DNA of 64,000 nt, taken from the NCBI GenBank assembly GCA_963664395.2, contig OY761159.2, positions 1,088,001 to 1,152,000 on the forward strand, given 5' to 3'. This document shows, piece by piece, positions 29,247 through 39,104 of the stretch. Source of the DNA: Candidatus Binatia bacterium (GTDB taxonomy: Bacteria > Desulfobacterota > Binatia > Bin18). The notes beneath the pieces are model-generated. The model saw only the letters and a program-made list of their open reading frames with translations. It had not been told where the DNA came from and made no database searches. The translations under genes and the position numbers were made by a program. How positions within the stretch are numbered: position 1 is the first letter of the stretch; each line of letters starts with the position of its first letter.

Positions 29247-32075
29247 ATGACGCGACTCTCCTGGAATGAAATCCGTGTCCGCGCCGCCGCATTTGCCGAG
29301 GAGTGGCGGAACGCAGCCTATGAGAAAGGCCAGACGCAGAGCTTCTACAACGACTTTTTCAATACCTTCGGTGTTAAGCGGAGCAGCGTTGCTCGCTATG
29401 AGGAGCATGTCAGGAAGCTGGACAATCGTTCGGGCTTCATTGACCTGTTCTGGCCGGGCGTCCTCCTGGTCGAACAAAAGAGTGCTGGCCGCGACCTGAC
29501 CAAAGCATACGAACAAGCTGGCGACTACTTCGACGCCCTGCCCGAGCAAGAACGTCCACGCTACATCCTGGTCAGCGACTTTCAGACTTTCGAGTTGCAC
29601 GACCTGGACGAGCGGGAACGCGCGTTTTTCGCTCTGGCCGACCTGCCTCAGCACGTGGAGAAGTTCGGCTTTATCCTGGGCATACAAAAGCGCACCTTCA
29701 AGGATCAGGACCCGGTCAACATTCAGGCGTCCGAACTCATGGGCCACCTGCACGACGCGCTCGAACACTCCGGCTACACCGGCCACGACCTGGAGCTGTT
29801 TCTGGTGCGTACCGTGTTCTGCCTGTTTGCCGACGATACCGGCATCTTCGAGCCGCGCGACATCTTCCTTGATTTCCTGGAAACCCGCACCAGCGAGGAC
29901 GGCGCTGACTTGGGGCCGTGGTTGGCCCAACTCTTCCAGGTACTGGATACGCCAGAGACAAAACGCGCGGCCACGCTGGACGAAGATCTGGCGGCTTTTC
30001 CCTACGTCAATGGCGAACTATTCCGGGAGTCGGCGCGCATTCCGTCCTTTACTGCGTCCATGCGGCAGTCATTGCTTGACGCCTGCCGATTTGACTGGAC
30101 TGCGATCTCTCCGGCAATTTTCGGTGCACTGTTCCAATCGGTCATGGAAACCGCAGCACGTCGAATCCAGGGTGCGCATTACACCACCGAGCGGAATATT
30201 CTGAAAGTAATTGAGCCATTGTTCCTGGATGACCTCAAGACGGAGTTCGCACATCTGAAGGCACGCAAGGACAGCCGTAAGCGGGCCGACCTCCTGGCCT
30301 TCCAACAGCGACTCGGGCAACTGACCTTCTTAGACCCAGCCTGCGGTTGTGGCAATTTTTTGATTATCACCTATCGGGAACTACGCTTGCTCGAAATCGA
30401 GGTGCTACGAACGCTACGGGAGTTGGCGGGCGAAACGGATCAACGGGTACTGAACGTCGCCGAGCTTTCCAGGGTAAACGTGGATCAGTTCTACGGAATT
30501 GAGATTGGCGAGTTCCCGGTCCGAATTGCGGAGACCGCGCTCTGGATGATGGACCACATCATGAACAGTCGGCTGAGCCTGGAGTTCGGCCAGACCTACG
30601 CTCGTATTCCACTCATCGCCTCACCCCACATTGTGCATGGTGATTCCCTGGAAATCGATTGGGCGGCTGTCCTCCCGCCGGAGCAGTGCAGTTACGTGCT
30701 CGGCAATCCGCCGTTCGGTGGATTCGTCATGCGCGATAAGCAAAAGCAGATACAAACCAAATCCATAATGGCCAAGCTTGGCGCTACGGGTTCGCGTCTC
30801 GACTACGTCGCAGCCTGGTTCCTGAAAGCTGGGGCTTATCTCAAAGGAAAGCCTGCGCGGATAGCTTTTGTTGCAACCAACTCTATCACCCAAGGCGAGC
30901 AGGTGGCGCAACTCTGGCCGACACTATTCAACCGGTACAACCTTGAGATCATGTTTGGTCATAGGACTTTCCCTTGGGGATCGGACGCGCGTGGTGTCGC
31001 CCACGTCCATGTAGTGATTATCGGTTTATCCGACCATAAATCTACGCCTCTTAAACGGCGACTCTTCACATATGAGCATTCAGCCGACGAACCCGACGAG
31101 GTCGAACTCGCTCAGATGAGTCCGTATCTTGTTGATGCGAGCCATTTGAGTGACCCGCATCTTGTCGTTGCAAGACATAGGAGTTCCATCTCTAGTCTTC
31201 CCAGGATCGGTGTTGGTACTAAGCCGGTCGATGGAGGTCATTATATCTTTGACCGGGAACAGCGTGAGGAATTTCTGAAACAAGAACCTGGGGCATCCGA
31301 ATTGCTTCGCCCTTTCATTGGGTCAAAGGAATATATCAACGGCAAAGAACGTTGGATTCTCCTCACCTTGGGCGTTTCACCAGCGAAGTTGAGAGCAATG
31401 CCAAGCGTTATGGAGCGGATTCGTACTGTACGGGAGTTCAGAACACATCACACAGGCAATCTCGCGAATGCACTTGCAGGACAACCCATGGAGTTTCACG
31501 TAACTGTAGTTCCTAATACTGAATTTCTGGTCGTACCCGAAGCAAGCTCCCAACGCCGCAAATATGTTCCCATCGGATTTTTACAACCTCCCACTATTCC
31601 CAGCAATCAACTCCTAGTAGTGGAAAACGCAACATTATCCCTCTTTGCGTTACTGACCTCTGCCATGCACATGGCTTGGCTTCGTCATGTCGGAGGGCGG
31701 CTAAAAAGCGATTATCGCTATTCAACAGGCTTGGTCTACAACACTTTCCCCTCGCCACCCGAGGACACAGACCTATCGAAGCTGGAGCCGCTGGCCCAAA
31801 CCGTACTCGACGCCCGCGCGACCCATCCCGGCGCGACCCTGGCCGACCTGTACGACCCCGACCTGATGCCGTCCAACCTGCGCAAAGCTCACACGGCACT
31901 CGACCGCGCGGTGGACCGTCTCTATCGTCGTGGCGGCTTTACCTCTGAATGCGAACGGGTAGAACATCTGTCCGGGCTGTATGAAAAAATGCAGGTACCA
32001 CTTCAATCCAGGATAAAAACAAAACGGAAACGTTCCAAGGTTCACAAGCGTCCCATGATTAAGTCTCAAAAATAA
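29247..32075 (+). CDS. MmeI-like type IIL restriction-modification enzyme (endonuclease-m6A MTase-TRD fusion)
   Basis: N-terminal IDLFWPGVLLVEQKS nuclease motif; GAHYT, LDPACGCGNFL, GNPPF, NSITQGEQ, GGRLKSDYRYS, TLADLYDP. Confidence 0.92.
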   Translation: MTRLSWNEIRVRAAAFAEEWRNAAYEKGQTQSFYNDFFNTFGVKRSSVARYEEHVRKLDNRSGFIDLFWPGVLLVEQKSAGRDLTKAYEQAGDYFDALPEQERPRYILVSDFQTFELHDLDERERAFFALADLPQHVEKFGFILGIQKRTFKDQDPVNIQASELMGHLHDALEHSGYTGHDLELFLVRTVFCLFADDTGIFEPRDIFLDFLETRTSEDGADLGPWLAQLFQVLDTPETKRAATLDEDLAAFPYVNGELFRESARIPSFTASMRQSLLDACRFDWTAISPAIFGALFQSVMETAARRIQGAHYTTERNILKVIEPLFLDDLKTEFAHLKARKDSRKRADLLAFQQRLGQLTFLDPACGCGNFLIITYRELRLLEIEVLRTLRELAGETDQRVLNVAELSRVNVDQFYGIEIGEFPVRIAETALWMMDHIMNSRLSLEFGQTYARIPLIASPHIVHGDSLEIDWAAVLPPEQCSYVLGNPPFGGFVMRDKQKQIQTKSIMAKLGATGSRLDYVAAWFLKAGAYLKGKPARIAFVATNSITQGEQVAQLWPTLFNRYNLEIMFGHRTFPWGSDARGVAHVHVVIIGLSDHKSTPLKRRLFTYEHSADEPDEVELAQMSPYLVDASHLSDPHLVVARHRSSISSLPRIGVGTKPVDGGHYIFDREQREEFLKQEPGASELLRPFIGSKEYINGKERWILLTLGVSPAKLRAMPSVMERIRTVREFRTHHTGNLANALAGQPMEFHVTVVPNTEFLVVPEASSQRRKYVPIGFLQPPTIPSNQLLVVENATLSLFALLTSAMHMAWLRHVGGRLKSDYRYSTGLVYNTFPSPPEDTDLSKLEPLAQTVLDARATHPGATLADLYDPDLMPSNLRKAHTALDRAVDRLYRRGGFTSECERVEHLSGLYEKMQVPLQSRIKTKRKRSKVHKRPMIKSQK

Positions 32076-32087
32076 GGAGGTGTCCGT

Positions 32088-32537
32088 ATGAAAAAAGAAG
32101 CGATCAATCCCGACAATGTGTGGAAGCCGGAAGACTACTTCAATATCTACCACTCTCCCGGTTTACCCAAAGTCCCACCCGAAAAATCAGGCTGGGAACA
32201 AGCCGTTAAAAAGGGCAACTGGCTGTTTATCTCGGGCCAGACGCCAACCACGCCAGACGGAAAAACGATTGCCACCGATATGCATGCCCAACTCCGACAG
32301 GCGCTACAAAACACCCGGAATATTGTCGAGACCGTGGGCGGCACGATGGATGACATTGTGTCGATCCGCTACTACTTTAAGGCGGGATATGTGGAGGAAG
32401 GGCTGGCTGCGCTGCGGGATTTGGGCGGTGAATATTTTCAGAGTCCCTACCCCTCTACCACATGTGTCGAAGTCGTGCGGGTGGCGTGGGCCGATCATCT
32501 TTTGGAAGTTGAGGCCATCGCCATATTGGATGAGTGA
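32088..32537 (+). CDS. RidA/YjgF/UK114 family protein
   Basis: QAVKKGNWLFISGQ, YPSTTCVEV, LLEVEAIA; AAGGAGG RBS. Confidence 0.88.
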   Translation: MKKEAINPDNVWKPEDYFNIYHSPGLPKVPPEKSGWEQAVKKGNWLFISGQTPTTPDGKTIATDMHAQLRQALQNTRNIVETVGGTMDDIVSIRYYFKAGYVEEGLAALRDLGGEYFQSPYPSTTCVEVVRVAWADHLLEVEAIAILDE

Positions 32538-32564
32538 GGAAAAAGCACACGTTCTTGCTACATA

Positions 32565-33362
32565 CTAATCGGTAAACGTCGCCTCGACGGTTCCGAGTGA
32601 ACCGAAGTCTCCCAGAACCCGGGTCCCCGGTGTGATCTCAGTCGGCTGAATACACGTTCCGGTGGTCACGATCTGTCCGGCCTTGAGACCGCCGGCCCGG
32701 ACCGTTAGCTCATTGGCCAGCCAGGTAAGAGCAATACGTGGGTCGCCGAGCACGTTGGCGCCGCATCCCTCGCCAGCCCGGGCGCCGTTCAGGCTGAGCG
32801 ACACGGGATGGGCGGCAAGGTCGATAGTTCCCCAGTCAGATGCTGCCTCGCTTCCCCATACGAATAGCCCGGCACAGGCACTGTCCGCGATCAGCTGGGC
32901 GGGACCGGCAGTGCTGAAATCCAGGAATCGCGAGTCAGGGACCTCGATAGCCGGATGCAAGCTTGCGACACTGGCCATGACCTCGTCCATCGAGTATTCA
33001 TGATCGCGCGGTGGCAGGTCGCGCGCCAGCCGGAAGGCAAACTCCAACTCCACCACGCGCATCCCGTTCGCGCCGAGTGAGAGCGTTGCCGGGCTGCGGC
33101 TGATCTTCTCTGCCAGTAGCCGCCCCGCCAGCGGCCCGTCCACACCAATATGCGCCTGTCCGGCCTGACTGGTGGCGGCAATCTTCCAGCCCGAAACGGC
33201 CTGTCCCGAACAGGCGGCCAGCCTTGCCTGAACCGCATACCCATCCTCAATGGTCTGCGGCCGACACTCACCAGGTAATCGTTCGAGCTTTCGACCATCC
33301 TGCCAGGCGTTCCAGAGTAACTGGGCCGCCTCGTGTATTTGTGCTTGGTCCATGAGCTTCAT
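32565..33362 (-). CDS. 2-keto-4-pentenoate hydratase-like (FAH superfamily)
   Basis: GYAVQ, GWKIAATS, E.EFAF, PAIEVPDSR, ANVLGDP, GQIVTTGT. Confidence 0.9.
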   Translation of the reverse strand: MKLMDQAQIHEAAQLLWNAWQDGRKLERLPGECRPQTIEDGYAVQARLAACSGQAVSGWKIAATSQAGQAHIGVDGPLAGRLLAEKISRSPATLSLGANGMRVVELEFAFRLARDLPPRDHEYSMDEVMASVASLHPAIEVPDSRFLDFSTAGPAQLIADSACAGLFVWGSEAASDWGTIDLAAHPVSLSLNGARAGEGCGANVLGDPRIALTWLANELTVRAGGLKAGQIVTTGTCIQPTEITPGTRVLGDFGSLGTVEATFTD

Positions 33363-33417
33363 CCAGTCTCAATACGGAACCACGCTAAGATCCTCAGAGG
33401 GTGCCGGGGTGATATCA

Positions 33418-33897
33418 CTATTGCGCAGCGTTTACTTGCCATTCCTTCGTAATCCGCCCCTCTTCTCCACCAGGAGTCCAGATCACTAATGCGTGCACTG
33501 GCTCCTTGGATTTCACTGTGTGACGTGTCGTCGTGTTGGCCGGTACCAAACAGGCCATACCAGCGCTGAGCGTCTGTACCTTTCCCTCACTCGTCTGTTC
33601 CATCTCTCCAGACAGAATATAAAAAGTTTCGGTCGCCTGATGGATGTGGTCGGGTACGTCAACCCCCGGCGGCACGACTAAATACCCAAGAGTCAGCTCT
33701 GTCGTCCCCCCGAGGTGTTGATCGATCAAGATGGTAATTTCTGTCTTCGTGACCGGGTCGATGTATGTCGTTGCCTGTTCGGGGCGGACGAATCGCGACG
33801 GCTCCTCGGCCAGAGTTACCGCAGACGGGAAAGTGTAAACGAGCCCCACCAGTAGCACAGGAATACTCATCCAACGTGAGAGACGCGGGGTAGGCAT
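33418..33897 (-). CDS. Cupin domain protein with probable signal peptide
   Basis: Hydrophobic N-terminus ending TLA-EE; PDHIH..E.FYILSG, H, TPGG. Confidence 0.82.
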   Translation of the reverse strand: MPTPRLSRWMSIPVLLVGLVYTFPSAVTLAEEPSRFVRPEQATTYIDPVTKTEITILIDQHLGGTTELTLGYLVVPPGVDVPDHIHQATETFYILSGEMEQTSEGKVQTLSAGMACLVPANTTTRHTVKSKEPVHALVIWTPGGEEGRITKEWQVNAAQ

Positions 33898-33912
33898 CGT
33901 TTCAATCTCCTT

Positions 33913-33941
33913 TTGACATTGCCCCCTTTTGGCAGGATAAT
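33913..33941 (+). promoter_or_regulatory. Putative sigma70 promoter
   Basis: TTGACA-17 nt-GATAAT about 95 nt upstream of 34037. Confidence 0.55.
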
Positions 33942-34036
33942 ACCAGCCCGCAAGGAGGGGGATCGCGCCGGGGTCACCATAGGACGGTCAGCCATAGAAC
34001 TGCAAGAGCAACACAAGGTTAAAAGGAGGGCAAACC

Positions 34037-35140
34037 ATGGCAGGCAAAGATAGCAGTGATCGTAGCCTTCGCATCGCCTCAATGACGACGATGCTGGATT
34101 ATCATTGGATGTTTCTGCGGACACTCTCTTCTTCAGTCCGAGAATACTTGGGCGAGGCAGGGCTTGCAGCGCTTGAGCGCGGCTTCCGGCGGGCGGGCTA
34201 TTCTCGTGGCCAGCGCATTCGTGACCGCCCGGAGACCTTTGCCCAAGGACGTGATGCCCTGTCGCTGATCCGCAACTGGGATATGGGTGATCACGCGATG
34301 GGCGCGGAGACGGGTTCGTTTGCAGTCAACGGCACCGCGGCCCGAGCAACCGTCAGCCTCCCCCACGTTCCCGGCGCGGACTACTTCAGCGCCCATGCCG
34401 GGGGTGACATACTGGAGCCCTATTGGCGCAATACCTTGGCCGGTATGGCGGAAGGCTATGATGCGGCAACCGGGGTCGAGTTCTCTGCCGTGACATTGGA
34501 CCTGAACACGCCCTGGCAGCTCACCTGGACCTACCAGGGCGAATCCGAAGAGGTCACTGCTGGGCCAGTGGAGGATGTTTTTGCTCAGCCGTCCAAGGCT
34601 ATCCAACTCACCCGGAGTACCTTTGCCGCGTTTGCAGTCATGCAGATGTATGTCGGCTTTGAGCTGATTGATCGGTTTGATGCGTCAGGCGAGCGCGCGC
34701 TGCGCGAGGCCCTGTATCAGTTCGGGGTTGAGCGCGGCCAGGGCATGCGCGAACAGGCGCTGAGCCAAGGACGGCCGCTGGACTTTCAGTCCTGGTTCGA
34801 CGTACTCCAAGAACGCGACCCGGCCGAATCGGTTTTTGTCTTTCGCGGCGATACCCATATTTCACCAGGCGTCATGCAGGCCGAGTGCACCTACTGCCCG
34901 CTGGCTGAGGTCTGGTCGGGAGAGGGCGAGCGCGGTCTGAAGCTTGGCTATATGTACGATGTCGAAGTCCACCGGGGGTTGGTTGAGTCCTATCATCCTG
35001 GTGGCCGGATTGGCTGGAATACGGTTAAGACTCGCGGTGACCGGACCTGTAAATTCCATTTCTCGATTCCAGAGCTTGTGACGGCTGATGATCCCGATTG
35101 GGCCCAGCCGCGCCGCCAGAACAAAACCGAGCCAGACTAA
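34037..35140 (+). CDS. Tandem-domain ATC-hydrolase/V4R-like protein
   Basis: C-terminal CTYCPLAEVW...GDRTCKFHF. The N-terminal half repeats the helix motif (GEAGLAALERGFRRAGYSRG vs DASGERALREALYQFGVERG). Confidence 0.7.
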   Translation: MAGKDSSDRSLRIASMTTMLDYHWMFLRTLSSSVREYLGEAGLAALERGFRRAGYSRGQRIRDRPETFAQGRDALSLIRNWDMGDHAMGAETGSFAVNGTAARATVSLPHVPGADYFSAHAGGDILEPYWRNTLAGMAEGYDAATGVEFSAVTLDLNTPWQLTWTYQGESEEVTAGPVEDVFAQPSKAIQLTRSTFAAFAVMQMYVGFELIDRFDASGERALREALYQFGVERGQGMREQALSQGRPLDFQSWFDVLQERDPAESVFVFRGDTHISPGVMQAECTYCPLAEVWSGEGERGLKLGYMYDVEVHRGLVESYHPGGRIGWNTVKTRGDRTCKFHFSIPELVTADDPDWAQPRRQNKTEPD

Positions 35141-35182
35141 ACCAAAACGACGCGGTTCATGACTATGTAGAGGAGGCCCATC

Positions 35183-36130
35183 ATGCTCGATATGCTCAAT
35201 ATGCTCGAGAACCCCGTTCCGTGGCCCAACGGCGCGCGCTGTGCGGCATCCATTACGTTCGATATGGATACGGACAGCGCCTTACATCTGTCGCATGCCG
35301 ATGCGTATAAACGTGTGGCCGCCCTGTCGTGGTTACGCTACGACGAGGTCGCAGTGCCGCGGATTGTGAAGCTGTTTAACCACTATAATATCAAGGGGAC
35401 CTTTTTCGTGCCGGGCTGGTGCGTCGAACGCTATCCGGCCACGGTCGAGACGATTGTCGCCAGTGACCACGAACTGGCCTATCACGGCTATCTGCACGAG
35501 AACCCCATGGACCAGACGCGCGAAGGCGAGCGCTACTGGCTGGAGCGCAGCATTGAGGCGATTGAGCGCCTCAGCGGCAAACGACCGGTGGGCGGGCGGG
35601 CGCCGTATTACAACTACTCGCCCCATTCCACCGGGCTGCTGGCCCAGGCCGGCTTTGTGTACGATTCGAGTCTCATGGCCGACAGCCAGCCCTATGTCAT
35701 GCGCGCGACCGAGGGCGAGGTCATCGAATTGCCGACCGACTGGGCCATGGACGACTGGCCGCAATATGCGCATAGCCCGGACTTTCATTATCTGATGCCC
35801 ACGCGCGCGCCGGACAAAGCCATGGAAGTCTTCATGGCTGAGTTCGAGGCGGCCTATGCCTTCGGCGGCCTGTGGGTCACGGTCTGGCATCCGTTTGTGA
35901 CCGGGCGGCTGGCCCGCCTCGCCCAGGTCGCAAAGATGATAGAAGAGCTGCAAAACCGGGGCGACGTGTGGTTTGCCACCATGGAGGAAATCGCCCTGCA
36001 CGTGCGGCGCTGTATCGCGGACGGGAGCTACACGCCGCGCGTTGTTGCCATGCCCTACTATGAGGAACCCATTCCGGAATTGACCGCAGGATTTCCCGCA
36101 GGCCTGGAACTCAGAAAGCCGAGCGGTTAG
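35183..36130 (+). CDS. Polysaccharide deacetylase family (PuuE/HpPgdA-like)
   Basis: WPNGA, TFDMD, TFFVPG, HELAYHGYLHE, RAP, YDSS, DDWP, WHPF. Confidence 0.92.
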   Translation: MLDMLNMLENPVPWPNGARCAASITFDMDTDSALHLSHADAYKRVAALSWLRYDEVAVPRIVKLFNHYNIKGTFFVPGWCVERYPATVETIVASDHELAYHGYLHENPMDQTREGERYWLERSIEAIERLSGKRPVGGRAPYYNYSPHSTGLLAQAGFVYDSSLMADSQPYVMRATEGEVIELPTDWAMDDWPQYAHSPDFHYLMPTRAPDKAMEVFMAEFEAAYAFGGLWVTVWHPFVTGRLARLAQVAKMIEELQNRGDVWFATMEEIALHVRRCIADGSYTPRVVAMPYYEEPIPELTAGFPAGLELRKPSG

Positions 36131-37536
36131 ACGGGATGCCGTGTATGCCAGGTTGTGCTTTGCTCGTAGGCATACGCGAGGTGCAGGACCGTGGCTTCCT
36201 CAAACGGTCGCCCAACGAGTTGGAGCCCGATCGGGAGACCGGCGGGCGTAAACCCGCACGGTACCGAAATGGCGGGTAGGCCCGTCATATTAAACGGTCG
36301 GGTCGCCCGAGCGATATGAGCCGCAACGGGGAATTCCTTGTCGCCTATGGTGACGGTCGGCTGGTCTATCCTGCTGGCCGCCAGGACGGTCGTGGGCGTC
36401 ACCAACGCATCGACCCGGCCGAGCAGGTCGAGCATCTCCTGGCGTAACAGCGACCGAAAACGTTGGGCCTTGAGATATTGGGCGGCCTGCACGCAAGCGC
36501 CCAGCAACAGCCGGGTGCGCACGTCAGCGCCATAGTCCTGGCTGCGCGTCTGCATAGTCCGGGCATGAATCTCATACGCCTCCGCCGCAATAATAGCAGT
36601 CGAGCTGGCAATCACATGCTGAATGCTGGGAATCGAGACGGCTTCGACCGTCGCTCCCAGGCCAGACAAATGCTGTATGGCCGCCTGTACCCCCTCGCGG
36701 ACCGCCGGCTCAACGTCTTCAAAAAAATACTCTTGCGGCACACCGAGACGGAGCCCACGGATGTCCTCCTTCAGAGCCGCCGTATAATCCGGCACCGCTG
36801 TCGCGCTGGCGGTCGGGTCGTTGGGGTCGGGGCCGGCGATGGCGTGCAGCAACACGGCCGCGTCGGCCACCGTTCTGACCATAGGACCGACATGGTCGCA
36901 TGAATGGCTGAGCGGATAGACCCCGAACCGACTCACCCGCCCATACGTCGGCTTGAGACCGACAATGCCGCTGAGCGAAGCCGGAATACGGACCGAGCCG
37001 CCCGTATCCGTTCCGAGCGTCCCCAGGGCCAGTCCGGCCGCCATGGCCACCGCCGAGCCGCCGCTCGACCCACCGGGAAGACGGGTGCGGTCCCACGGAT
37101 TGCGCGGGGTACCGTAGTGCGGATTGAGCGAAGTCCCTCCCCAGGCGAACTCGTGCATATTGAGTTTCCCCAGCAGAATCGTGCCGGCTTGCTTGAGTCG
37201 GGTGACAACCGTGGCATCGCTGTCCGCGATATGATCGGCCATGATTTTTGAGCCGCAGGTCATGCGGACGCCCTTGACCGCAAACAGGTCCTTGAGCGCG
37301 ATGGGAATGCCGTGGAGCGGCCCTCGATATTGCCCGTGCACAATTTCCTGTTCCGCGGTGTGCGCTGCGGCCAGCGCTTCATCTCTCAGGATGGTGAGAT
37401 AGGCCAGGTATTCGTCGTTCAATCGGTCAATCCGGTCAAGATACACACGAGTCACCTCTACGGGTGAGACTTCTTTCTTTTGGATGAGAGGCGCTAACTC
37501 GGCAATGCTCGTAAAGACTAACTCTTCAGTCTTCAT
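36127..37536 (-). CDS. Amidase signature enzyme (GatA/AtzE-like)
   Basis: LHGIPIALKD, GKLNMHE, GGSSGGS, GTDTGGSVRIPA. Confidence 0.95.
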   Translation of the reverse strand: MKTEELVFTSIAELAPLIQKKEVSPVEVTRVYLDRIDRLNDEYLAYLTILRDEALAAAHTAEQEIVHGQYRGPLHGIPIALKDLFAVKGVRMTCGSKIMADHIADSDATVVTRLKQAGTILLGKLNMHEFAWGGTSLNPHYGTPRNPWDRTRLPGGSSGGSAVAMAAGLALGTLGTDTGGSVRIPASLSGIVGLKPTYGRVSRFGVYPLSHSCDHVGPMVRTVADAAVLLHAIAGPDPNDPTASATAVPDYTAALKEDIRGLRLGVPQEYFFEDVEPAVREGVQAAIQHLSGLGATVEAVSIPSIQHVIASSTAIIAAEAYEIHARTMQTRSQDYGADVRTRLLLGACVQAAQYLKAQRFRSLLRQEMLDLLGRVDALVTPTTVLAASRIDQPTVTIGDKEFPVAAHIARATRPFNMTGLPAISVPCGFTPAGLPIGLQLVGRPFEEATVLHLAYAYEQSTTWHTRHPV

Positions 37537-37744
37537 TGCGTTCGCCCTCCGACATCACAAAGCTCACCGCCGGCTCTATATGACTGAGGTTCAAGGCGTC
37601 CAGCGCGTCCAGTCCCGCAGACAATTGTGCATACAGCGTCGTCAGCTCTTTGAGAGCATCCTCACTCAGCGGTTCTGCGAGCTTGTCTCGGAGAAGAGCC
37701 GCCACGAGTTCTCGATCTCTCACAGGAATCGCTCTTTTGTCCAT
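37526..37744 (-). CDS. Small GatC/AtzG-like amidase partner
   Basis: 72 aa with GGAGG RBS, ends L..L.L...EPA..F, and overlaps the amidase start. Confidence 0.65.
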   Translation of the reverse strand: MDKRAIPVRDRELVAALLRDKLAEPLSEDALKELTTLYAQLSAGLDALDALNLSHIEPAVSFVMSEGERNED

Positions 37745-37860
37745 TTCGCCTCCCTCAGAAGCTGTTGCCCATGGATCAGCGCCTGGTGGTTCATCGCACG
37801 GATTTTGCGAACTTGTCATTCTGAAGAGCGCAGGTGAAGAACGACACCAGACATATTCGA

Positions 37861-38256
37861 CTAGAGTAGGTCTGCCCCAGCCTGAGCACAGTCTTCGTCC
37901 TGCTGACCAGTCCCCCCACCAACGCCGCACGCGCCCTCAAGTACCCCGTCGCGCATGATCGCAACGCCCCCCTGGCTGGCGATCATGTGGCCCCCTTCTG
38001 CCGCAACAATCCCACGTACAATCGGGCTGTCGGCCATTTGTTGGAGGGCGCCACTGGGCCGGGCAAAGCCGGCTGAAGCGACGGCCTTACCCTGGGAGCC
38101 GTAGACGCCGGCCCACAAGGCACCATCCATGCGGTTGAAAGCCACGAGGCGTCCCCCAGCGTCACACACGGCTACGCTGATCTTGATGTTGAGCTCTTGC
38201 GCCTTGGCTATGGCCCCGGCAGCAATGCGGTTCGCTTCTTCCAATGTCAGTACCAT
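37861..38256 (-). CDS. GlcG/HbpS heme-binding family protein
   Basis: VAVCDAGG, RMDGA, KA, GGV, GACGVGG...D..CA.AG. Confidence 0.9.
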   Translation of the reverse strand: MVLTLEEANRIAAGAIAKAQELNIKISVAVCDAGGRLVAFNRMDGALWAGVYGSQGKAVASAGFARPSGALQQMADSPIVRGIVAAEGGHMIASQGGVAIMRDGVLEGACGVGGGTGQQDEDCAQAGADLL

Positions 38257-38291
38257 ACGGCAAACCCTCCTCTCTCAATATAAAATTGAAC

Positions 38292-38316
38292 TTGCAAATT
38301 ATGGGCAATTTTGCAA
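38292..38316. promoter_or_regulatory. Inverted repeat in divergent promoter region (possible operator)
   Basis: TTGCAAA ttatgggcaat TTTGCAA. Confidence 0.4.
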
Positions 38317-38378
38317 ACGATGCAGATACAGAAGATAGCAGCGTTTGGCCGAGAAACCCACAGGAAAGGAGCAGTCAT

Positions 38379-39092
38379 ATGAGGGCAGAGAGTCTGGAAT
38401 ATAGAGATGGGGATGTCACGCTCAAGGGATTTGTGGCGCTGGATGACCAGAGCAATCATAAGCGACCCGGGATTCTGGTGATGCCCGAGGCATTTGGATT
38501 GGGCAAGCAGGCCAAGGACCGTGCCCTGCGACTGGCCTCACTCGGCTATGCCGCACTGGCGGGCGACCCGTATGGCAACGGCCTGGAGGTCAGCGATCTT
38601 CAGGAAGCGATTAAACACGCCGGAGCCATACGCGAGGATAACACCAAGTTTCGTCAGCGCATCCGCGCCGGACTCGACGCGCTGACGGCGCTGCCACAGG
38701 TGGACACTGACCGGCTTGTGGTCATGGGCTATTGTATGGGCGGCTCCTGTTCCCTGGAAATGGCGCGAGACGGCGCACCGCTCAAGGGCGTGGTCTCATT
38801 TCACGGCGCCCTGGAAACGCAGAGTCCGGCAGAGCCGGGCAAAGTACAAGCAAAGGTCCTGGTGTGCCACGGTGCGGATGACCCCTTTGTCCCGGTCGAA
38901 CATGTCACTGCCTTTGAAGAGGAGATGACCAAGGCCGGAGTTGACTGGCAGGTCATCAGCTATGGCGGCACGGTGCATAGCTTTACGAATCCGGAGGCCG
39001 ACGGCTCCATAGAAGGCATTTGCTACAATAAGCAGGCGGATGAGCGCTCGTGGCAGGCGATGCAGGCATTCTTTGACGAGATTTTCGCCTAG
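38379..39092 (+). CDS. Dienelactone hydrolase family protein
   Basis: E.FG, GYCMGG, SFHG, HGADD, HSFT. AAAGGAG RBS before ATG 38379. Confidence 0.93.
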   Translation: MRAESLEYRDGDVTLKGFVALDDQSNHKRPGILVMPEAFGLGKQAKDRALRLASLGYAALAGDPYGNGLEVSDLQEAIKHAGAIREDNTKFRQRIRAGLDALTALPQVDTDRLVVMGYCMGGSCSLEMARDGAPLKGVVSFHGALETQSPAEPGKVQAKVLVCHGADDPFVPVEHVTAFEEEMTKAGVDWQVISYGGTVHSFTNPEADGSIEGICYNKQADERSWQAMQAFFDEIFA

Positions 39093-39104
39093 CCCTTATC
39101 CTGA

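Noticed and set aside
37813-37842. tgtcattctgaagagcgcaggtgaagaac, resembling a small palindromic repeat family
   Set aside because: Single degenerate copy in the window; it cannot be supported.
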